DNA of 50,645 nt from NCBI GenBank assembly GCA_964477705.1, contig CAYZFJ010000003.1:1-50645 (forward strand), written 5' to 3'. The stretch is from an uncultured Myxococcia bacterium. Lineage in GTDB: Bacteria; Myxococcota_A; JAVEVO01; CAYZFJ01. The notes under the pieces are model-generated. The model ran no database searches, was not told where the DNA came from, and saw only the letters and a list, made by a program, of their open reading frames with translations. Below are positions 31,501 to 37,819 of this stretch, one piece after another (the first letter of the stretch is position 1; each line of letters begins with the position of its first letter). The translations under genes and the position numbers were made by a program.

Positions 31501-32343
31501 GAGGCCCTGGCACCGTTGCTCTATGCTCTGCAGCCCTTGAGGACCAGGCATTGGGCAGTGTGTGCGCTAGGGGAGTTGGGGCTCCCCGATGGAGCTGTTC
31601 CTCTGCTCCAGATTGCTCGGAATGATCCCTATACCAATATTCGAGAGTCAGCCATTTGGGCTCTGGGCATGATCGGGAACAGAATTACACCTGCTGCCGG
31701 GGAGATGCTCCATGAACTAATTTTGGACGAGCCCTACCTGAAGGGCGGAGCCCAGACCCTCATAAATACGGGGCTGGTTGCGGTCCATGATGCTGGTGCA
31801 AAGGGGGCTGCGGGGGGGAGAGGTGGGAATCTACAGCCATCAGTCCGTGGGGCTGGAGTGGTGCTTGGAGCTGGTACTCTGGTCAGTGCTGGGAGAGGGC
31901 TGACCGAGGCAGGGGCAGGGGCAGGGGGTGACAGGATTGGCGGCGCCTTTCGGGTGGGTGGTGCCAATGGTGCCAGTCTCTGTCTTGAGGATGGAGGGGA
32001 AGGGTATTTGGTCATGCCGGCCCTGGGGACTGGTGATTATAATCTTTTGGCATCAGCATTCTTAGCAGATGGGGTGGGTGAGGGTGACCTCAAGTTCATG
32101 GTGGTTCAGGGGGCTGGAGCTCATGGGGCTCTCCCGGGGAAGGCTGCCATGAAGAAGGCTGTGTGTGGTGGGGAGCTTCATCTGCCTGATTCTACTATGA
32201 GAGGGTGTGATGGCAAAGAGACCTTCAGGTTGCGGCGGGGTAAGCATCTGGTCGCAGTGAAGAATCATGGAACAACGGTTTGTCTGGAGAGTGTGGTTCT
32301 TCTCAAAGCTCGCAAGGGGAAAGGTAAGGGAGCAGGAAAATAG
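28555..32343 (+). CDS. Polytopic membrane protein with sulfatase-fold (LtaS/EptA-like, Thr nucleophile) domain, HEAT repeats and CBM-like tail
   Basis: Several TM segments in aa 38-300. Sulfatase-fold motifs VVLVTMDAVRA, QSSHTSYSLSMLMSSRY (Thr where sulfatases have Cys/Ser) and VVAADHGEEFGDHGG. HEAT/PBS-lyase-like repeats (LGDPRSVPIL..., NDPYTNIRESAIWALGMIG). Confidence 0.7.
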   Translation: MSGVGMIPSGCERGGKNSLYKKVDSGTPLSTEQVVARRWVLPVLCDAVLIAILVVVMDLVVLLSGKGPLFSSVREPVLLFPALLGISWPWMLPLLFPILAIVDRSRRWFCRAGTGRLAFCLRTVLMAIPALFFFHWVIWDVLQGPTFAFLPGLPVLGWLGASVAAVLWSIGVVGAADGGVGSRWRWTILSGGGKLAAGALLLVVALGLHWFDGNVLIRLYPRLHATVFLFTCTLLFMVVVVSGLGRRLAVWMGRFCGGGGSGGAGDRGRGKVGVGVGAGLLVVILLAGSAFLGSDYFLNSQANLRFQIVSKCPGAGKLALMRNRASDLLFQAVLFAGGTGGTHGDGGRGLWLGSAGEDPGPGQGQGPYGLIGDYDGELWPYGPGDGGSQVGDTSESPDEEEAAAGGESRGSGGGAASDTALDGAHIAKYALSGMPRLRPNGNNVVLVTMDAVRASHCSVYGFERQTTPFLEELAKESALFIKAYTQSSHTSYSLSMLMSSRYMYQPETHNLAELPTMASVLGKAGYATMAVYSQYLFFSREDLFQPMIARRFGFEKTDNRHLDGRQAVDSAIEMLDEHFAGQGREFFLWVHLFDAHEPYDTQEEFSFGNKDVDRYHGEIAFADSQIRRLVEYLNTQGAVGENTVLVVAADHGEEFGDHGGAYHGSSLYDEQARVPLLIRYPAGLEKQKEKAKEKSLSSPTGEAGVEVDAALVVDEPVQLIDIFPTLLTLTGLNPPQGFKLQGTDLSPALLHGREINHGAYGAVLTKRMVVSGQHKFIVNFATDTRELYHLADDPWERRNVLDQEPERAKVLERMLSTWVDGVLVGTRDPVRWGLALARLGDPRSVPILRAILANSRLATEIRIEAVLLLGSMGNGDPETVAALQQVSKSGNLVGDCAVVTLAMLGVETDQVRLGSLQDASAIAVKMGRNETDWPRQIARRAAIARARTGNVDAVPFLQKILDEEDRDFEEVALAALGSLKAPEALAPLLYALQPLRTRHWAVCALGELGLPDGAVPLLQIARNDPYTNIRESAIWALGMIGNRITPAAGEMLHELILDEPYLKGGAQTLINTGLVAVHDAGAKGAAGGRGGNLQPSVRGAGVVLGAGTLVSAGRGLTEAGAGAGGDRIGGAFRVGGANGASLCLEDGGEGYLVMPALGTGDYNLLASAFLADGVGEGDLKFMVVQGAGAHGALPGKAAMKKAVCGGELHLPDSTMRGCDGKETFRLRRGKHLVAVKNHGTTVCLESVVLLKARKGKGKGAGK

Positions 32344-32614
32344 ACGACAGCATGATAGATCCACATTGTGCGCACTATTACAGACCAGACTTTTACCGTT
32401 CGTCCCCAATAGTTGACTGTCTGCGATTGGCTCGGGAATGTGCCATTTGTTCTGCACAACAGAACAAGGCTGGAGATTTGTGCTACAGTAGCTTGAAATA
32501 TAGATGGGGATCGGGCGCAGGAGCTAGTGAAGCTGGTCAGATGGTGTTGGATCCCAGACGTGTGAGTCCCTCCCATCTGTTCTTCTCGGTTCATTAAACA
32601 GGAAGGGTAAAGCC

Positions 32615-35600
32615 ATGCTCCAAACTGCACAACGCATGAACACCTGGGAAGCAATTGTTGACCAGTTGAAGAGCCTGCCTGATGAGCCCGAATCCAGTGT
32701 GCGGTCTGGAATCCTTGCAGAACTGTTTGCTCACCTTGCCTTATTGGGCCAGGAACAGGAGATTCCTGATTTACGCATGCGCAAGAGCCATTCCGATGAA
32801 TTGCTTATATGGCTGCATCAGGAGATTAGAAGGATTCTGGACAAGCTGCCTGTGGACCCTGACACTGATGAGTTCTATTTCTTGCGGGAAGTGGTTAAAA
32901 GGCTTCCTCTGCGGGTGACCGCCAACACCCTGATTGAAGATATTCGCAGTGCTGCCGAGGAGTTCGAAGAAGCTCGCCTCGATAGTGATCCCCTCCGTTC
33001 TTTTGCTGCTGATCTCCGTAAGGAGACCCACCGGAGGCTCTCGCCCCGAATTCTGCACACTTTTGTGAAGCCTTATCTGGCGCTGGTGGATCATGGAGAT
33101 CCGGAACCAATCAAACAGGCCGGGTATCCCTTGGTGGCTTTGAAGTTCAACCGTGCTGAAGAAGGAGAGATGTTCCTCAGGCTCGGGCATGAGCTTGATC
33201 ACAATTTGTCTTATCTATGGGATTACGAGAATGGTGACATTCAGAATCTCAGTATCAGTATGGCCAACCAGATTCCACTTTTTGAGAGGTGCTTTCTGCA
33301 GCACGAGATTCACGCTATCCTGGAGCTCCTCAAGCCCCAATACCTGGAATCCAGGGAAGTCCTCTTCGATCTTCTCAAGCGGCTGGTGAGCATTCAGCAT
33401 TTTCTGCGAACATCATTCAGAGAAGGCCGTCTCCATCTCCTCGATTATCTTCTTGTTGATCTCGATATTGGCAGATTGGTTTTTATTTTTGCGGCTGACC
33501 TGAGCAATCGGTTTCTGGCAGAGATTACTGCGGGTAATCTTCGAGATTCTTTAGCACTTTTGAGAGAGATGCTTGCCATCATCGCCACCAGAGGCCCGGC
33601 GGTGTGGAAGCTTGAAGGGGTTATGACTGAGCTGGATCGGCTCCGTGAGGATCCTGTGCTCAACCATAGCCATGTGCGGCGCTGTGTTCAAGCCATCGTG
33701 AATGATGTGCAGTCGTACCTGCAGACCTACATCATATCGCGTATGGGGCCAATTCTCAACTGGACCTTTGAGGTTTACCCGGTCCCCACCACCAGACTGT
33801 CTCCGGCCAAGACCAGGTTCTTTAATAATCTGATCCGCAGTACCCATTTTCATCTGCTCACTGAATTTGCCGAGAAGGTGCTCTCTTTTCTGGATCACGA
33901 GATGTCTGCCCAGATCGAGGAGAGCCTTCTTTATAGCTACCGTTTGGGGCAGGCCGGGCAGCCGCCCCAGCAGCCAGAAAATATTGAGGAGATGGTGGCC
34001 TGTACCTGGGAGTCTGCTCCTGCTGCTTTAAGGCCGTTTCTGGGGGGTAAGGGAAATAGCCTCCTTGATATGGTAGCCCTTGGTCTGGCGGTGCCGCCTG
34101 CCTTCATTCTGGGACTGCCCCTTGGGGACAGGTTTCTCTCTCCCGATGAGCCCCAGGAGCCTTTGTTCAATCTGTTGCAGGACTGGGTGCATAAGCTGGA
34201 GAAGCAGACCGGCAAACAACTGGGTTGCCCGTCCAATCCGCTCCTGGTGTCGGTGCGATCCGGTGCCCCATGGTCACTGCCGGGCTCCATGCTCACCCTG
34301 CTTAACGTGGGCCAGACCCGGGAGGTGATTGATGCCATCGCATCCCGTCATGGCAAACGGTTTGCTCACAGTATTCATGCCCGGTTTCTGCGCAATTGCT
34401 TGCAAGCCATGGGGCAGAAGGTGTCTCCCAAGGATAATAACCTGTCCCGGCTTCGTGCCATGGTAGAATACCACACAAACAGCCAGTTTCTTTGGGACCC
34501 AATGGCCCAGCTTGAGCAAGCGGTCAGGTGGGTGTTCGCATCGAGCCGCAACAGTGTGGCTGGTGAACTGCTCTCGCATATGTCGCCGGGCGACAGGCCG
34601 GTTACTGCTGTGACTGTGCAGCAGATGGTGTTCGGCAACCGAAACAGGGACAGCCTGAGTGCGGTGTTGATTACCCGCAATCCTGTCACTGGAGCCGATG
34701 AGATGGTTGGCGAGTTCAGAGAGGAGACCCAGGGTGAGGAGGTGGTGATGGGGCAGGTTGTCCCCAAGCCTTTGGAGAAAATGAAGCCCCAGTATCTGGC
34801 CGAGCTGCGACGGATGAAGGAGGTGCTCGAAGGCTTCTACCACAGGGAGCTTAATCTGGAAGTCACCGTGGAGAATGGACAGCTTTGGATTCTGCAGGCC
34901 AGGCGAACCAATATTGGGACCTGGGCCAGTCTGGTGGTAAATGTTGACTTTCTAGCCAGAGGGCTGCTCACCCTCAAGGATTTTCATCACAGGCTTGATA
35001 AACTGCGTACTGTCCACGAGGCGGTTGCCCTCCCCCGCCTTGATGACTACATGTATGCGAACTTCAACCCCCCTATCGGGTCAGGCATTCCAATTCACAG
35101 TGGTATTGTTACCGGCACACTGGTGCTCTCGCAGGCTCGGCTTGATGAAGCTAAGACTCGGCGGGAGACCGTTGTGTACATGTCTTACAATACCAAGCCT
35201 ACGGATTTTGCCATCATGAATGCGGCCCATGCACTGGTGAATATCTATCCTGGTCGCACTTCCCATGCGGCCATTATGGCGATGACTCTCAATAAGCCAT
35301 GTATTGTGGGTATCCAGAATGCAGAGATAGATGCGCCTGGAGGGCGGGTGGTTTTTCGGGGACAACCGGATGTTGCGGTGCGGGAAGGGGAGCGAATCAC
35401 CATAGATGCCAATACTGGGGCCATTTACAGGGGGCTGGCGCCCATCAGCCCATGCTATGTGCGGCTCCATGATATTGCTTCAGCCATTGAAGGAGTCAGC
35501 GATGGGGCGAAGGCGGCTGAAATCCTCCAGCGAACCCTCCATGCTCACATGTCTGATTTGAGGCGGGAGACTGCTTTCGAGCGTTTTGCATGGACCCATA

Positions 35601-36856
35601 TCCCTCATGGTAAGCTGAGAGGCAAAAACGTGCTGGCTCGCCTAGATCTTAACGTGCGTCTGGAAGGCAGCGTTGTGGTGGATGCCCGCCGTATTGAGCA
35701 GGCTGTCCCCATCATTAAGGGGATTCTTGCGTCCAAAGGTACCCCGGTGGTGTTAGCACACCTGGGGGACCCTGCTTCAGAGGGGGTCCCGGGAATGACC
35801 AGGGAGGAGATCTATTCAATGTACAGCCTTAAGCCCGTTGCCAAGTACCTGGAGAGGTATTTCCCCGGGCTGATCTTTTTTCACGAGGCATCTATTGCCT
35901 CGTCGGGGCTCTTGCTCCACAAGGCTGATCTGGTGCCCGGCAAGGTTAATCTGCTCGAAAATCTCCGGTTTGCCAGTGGCGAGAAGGAGAATGATGAGGT
36001 ATTTGCCCGGGCCCTGATGTCTCTGTCTGACGGTGTTTTTATTAATGATGCCTTTAATGTGTGCCACCGTCACCATGCCAGCATTACCGGTATTCCCCGA
36101 TTTGCGGAGATCAGCGCCGCAGGGCCTCTGGTGCAGCGGGAGCTGGATGCTCTGCGACTGCTTCTGGTGGAGCCGGCCCAGCCTTTTGTGGCCATCATGG
36201 GCGGCAATAAGGATGCGGTCCGTATGGGCATGATGGAGTCTCTGCTCATGCGGGTGGATCGGATGATTGTGGGTGGCTCTCTAGCCTGTACCATGCTCCA
36301 TGCAGCCGGGTGTTCCATGGGGCGTACGTCTGTGCTGGAGTCGGTGGGGGATATTTGCCGTTCATTACTGACCAGATATCGGCATAAGATTATCTTTCCC
36401 CGTGATTTCAGGGTTTTGCGCGAGCATGAAGTGGGTTGCAGCCAGGCAGCAGCCGTCAAAGTGGTACCAGCCAATGCAGTCCCTAATGACTGCGTCTGTG
36501 TAGATGTCGGGCCAGGGACCAGGCAGGTTATGGAAGATGCTCTTCGAGATGCCCGCTCCATCATGTGGAGTGGCTCTTTGGGGCGTTATGAGCTGGGTGA
36601 CGTGGCGCCATCCACCCTTCGTCTGGCCAGGATGCTGGGCGATTATGCAGAGGGCGGTGCAAGGGTGGTTATCTGTGGGGGTGATACAGGGCTGGCGGCC
36701 CTGAATGCGGGAGCGGTTGATAAATATGAGCATGCATCTACCGGTGGGTCAGCGTTTCTGGAGTTCATGGGGCGTTTGACATTGCCTGGTATAGCTGCAC
36801 TGGATGCGGTGTCGCCCAAAGACCGGGAATCGGGAGCAAAGGGACTATTCTGTTAG
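32615..36856 (+). CDS. Fusion protein: unknown N-domain, PPDK-type ATP-grasp, phospho-His swivel domain and phosphoglycerate-kinase fold
   Basis: aa ~470-800: LGGKGNSLLDM, LLVSVRSGAPWSLPGSMLTLLNVG, VQQMVFGN, GEF..ETQGEEVVMG, EVTVENGQLWILQARR (PPDK nucleotide domain). aa ~815-945: PGRTSHAAIMA (His at 35264-35266). aa ~1000-1400: RLDLNV, AHLGDP, YSLKPVAKYLE, LLENLRF, INDAFNVCHRHHAS, AIMGGNK, IVGGSLA, DVGPGT, MWSGSLGRYE, CGGDT, HASTGGSAFLEF..G..LPGIAAL (PGK). RBS AGGAAGGG before the ATG. Confidence 0.8.
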   Translation: MLQTAQRMNTWEAIVDQLKSLPDEPESSVRSGILAELFAHLALLGQEQEIPDLRMRKSHSDELLIWLHQEIRRILDKLPVDPDTDEFYFLREVVKRLPLRVTANTLIEDIRSAAEEFEEARLDSDPLRSFAADLRKETHRRLSPRILHTFVKPYLALVDHGDPEPIKQAGYPLVALKFNRAEEGEMFLRLGHELDHNLSYLWDYENGDIQNLSISMANQIPLFERCFLQHEIHAILELLKPQYLESREVLFDLLKRLVSIQHFLRTSFREGRLHLLDYLLVDLDIGRLVFIFAADLSNRFLAEITAGNLRDSLALLREMLAIIATRGPAVWKLEGVMTELDRLREDPVLNHSHVRRCVQAIVNDVQSYLQTYIISRMGPILNWTFEVYPVPTTRLSPAKTRFFNNLIRSTHFHLLTEFAEKVLSFLDHEMSAQIEESLLYSYRLGQAGQPPQQPENIEEMVACTWESAPAALRPFLGGKGNSLLDMVALGLAVPPAFILGLPLGDRFLSPDEPQEPLFNLLQDWVHKLEKQTGKQLGCPSNPLLVSVRSGAPWSLPGSMLTLLNVGQTREVIDAIASRHGKRFAHSIHARFLRNCLQAMGQKVSPKDNNLSRLRAMVEYHTNSQFLWDPMAQLEQAVRWVFASSRNSVAGELLSHMSPGDRPVTAVTVQQMVFGNRNRDSLSAVLITRNPVTGADEMVGEFREETQGEEVVMGQVVPKPLEKMKPQYLAELRRMKEVLEGFYHRELNLEVTVENGQLWILQARRTNIGTWASLVVNVDFLARGLLTLKDFHHRLDKLRTVHEAVALPRLDDYMYANFNPPIGSGIPIHSGIVTGTLVLSQARLDEAKTRRETVVYMSYNTKPTDFAIMNAAHALVNIYPGRTSHAAIMAMTLNKPCIVGIQNAEIDAPGGRVVFRGQPDVAVREGERITIDANTGAIYRGLAPISPCYVRLHDIASAIEGVSDGAKAAEILQRTLHAHMSDLRRETAFERFAWTHIPHGKLRGKNVLARLDLNVRLEGSVVVDARRIEQAVPIIKGILASKGTPVVLAHLGDPASEGVPGMTREEIYSMYSLKPVAKYLERYFPGLIFFHEASIASSGLLLHKADLVPGKVNLLENLRFASGEKENDEVFARALMSLSDGVFINDAFNVCHRHHASITGIPRFAEISAAGPLVQRELDALRLLLVEPAQPFVAIMGGNKDAVRMGMMESLLMRVDRMIVGGSLACTMLHAAGCSMGRTSVLESVGDICRSLLTRYRHKIIFPRDFRVLREHEVGCSQAAAVKVVPANAVPNDCVCVDVGPGTRQVMEDALRDARSIMWSGSLGRYELGDVAPSTLRLARMLGDYAEGGARVVICGGDTGLAALNAGAVDKYEHASTGGSAFLEFMGRLTLPGIAALDAVSPKDRESGAKGLFC

Positions 36857-37066
36857 TTGTGCCCTCCAGTTTTCATGCCTCGATCTTATTTCATCTCTTC
36901 TTTTTTATCCGATTTATTTATGTCCATCGACCTGATCAACCAATCAACAAATCACCTCGTGCATCGCTATTAAAACTCTATGGTTTTCAACATGTAACTA
37001 TTCATTCAAAGCATCTGGAAATGCGGATTAGCAGACTCCATTAATAGATCATGATGGAGGTGCATA

Positions 37067-37399
37067 TTGCGACCACATAAATTTACTCTGCACATCAACC
37101 CGGAAGAAGAAACCGAAATCCGGGCAGGTATGAAAACCATCGACGCCCGGATTCAATCGGGCGACACCAGCGGACTCTCGGTGGGCGATTTAATCCACTA
37201 CAACAGTGCTGTTGTCCGGGTTCTGGGCATCAGACGTTATCCTTCATTTGAGGATCTGATTCATTTCGAGGACTTCAAAAAGGTGGTGCCATCGGCCCGG
37301 AGTGGTGGAGAAGCTTTGGAGAAGATGCAATCCAAGAACCGAATTGATGAGAAGGATCTGGGGGTGGAAGCCATTGAATTTGTGATTCTGGAGGGGTGA
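37067..37399 (+). CDS. ASCH (PUA-like) domain protein
   Basis: 110 aa, TTG start after GGAGG. The pattern F.L.I...E...I..G.KTIDARI......GLSVGDLI.........V.V.GIRRY.SFEDL resembles ASCH. Confidence 0.6.
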   Translation: MRPHKFTLHINPEEETEIRAGMKTIDARIQSGDTSGLSVGDLIHYNSAVVRVLGIRRYPSFEDLIHFEDFKKVVPSARSGGEALEKMQSKNRIDEKDLGVEAIEFVILEG

Positions 37400-37743
37400 T
37401 GGAGTTTGTAATTACAGGTGTTCGCAGGGAGCTGACCCCTGATCTTAAACAGTTCATCAACGATAAAATCAGAGAAAAGATTGTCAGGCATACAGACAAG
37501 GTTACCCTGCTAGAAGTATGGGTGGACAAGGAGTCTGCGCACCATGAGCAGGGGCTGGAGCGGGTGAGGGTTACGGCCTGGGTCCCTGGAAATGCTAAGA
37601 CCAGGGATGGGAAGAAGCGTCTTACAGTACAGGCGGTGGCCAACAATCTCCACGATGCGGTGAATATGGCATCGAAGACTATCATGAGGCGTATCCATGA
37701 CTGGGCAGATGAGACCAAACCAACTCGAAAGGCCCGGTCATAG
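37399..37743 (+). CDS. hpf: Ribosome hibernation promoting factor / RaiA family (short form)
   Basis: 114 aa, MEFVITGVRRELTPDLKQFINDKIREKIVRH.DKV....V.V..E.......V.V.........L.V.A...NLHDAVNMA..TIMRRI. TGATG overlap with the ASCH gene. Confidence 0.7.
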   Translation: MEFVITGVRRELTPDLKQFINDKIREKIVRHTDKVTLLEVWVDKESAHHEQGLERVRVTAWVPGNAKTRDGKKRLTVQAVANNLHDAVNMASKTIMRRIHDWADETKPTRKARS

Positions 37744-37819
37744 GCTCAGGTTGCAGTTGGGACTGAGGCTGGTGTGAGGTGGGGTGATGTGGGGATTGGT
37801 GCGAAGGCGTTGGGCAGGT

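Noticed and set aside
32352-32597. An 81-aa ORF in the spacer between the two giant genes. The 61-aa ORF at 36859-37044 and the 89-aa ORF at 40886-41155 are similar cases.
   Set aside because: No convincing RBS, no recognisable motifs, and composition atypical of the neighbouring genes. I treat them as non-coding spacers.
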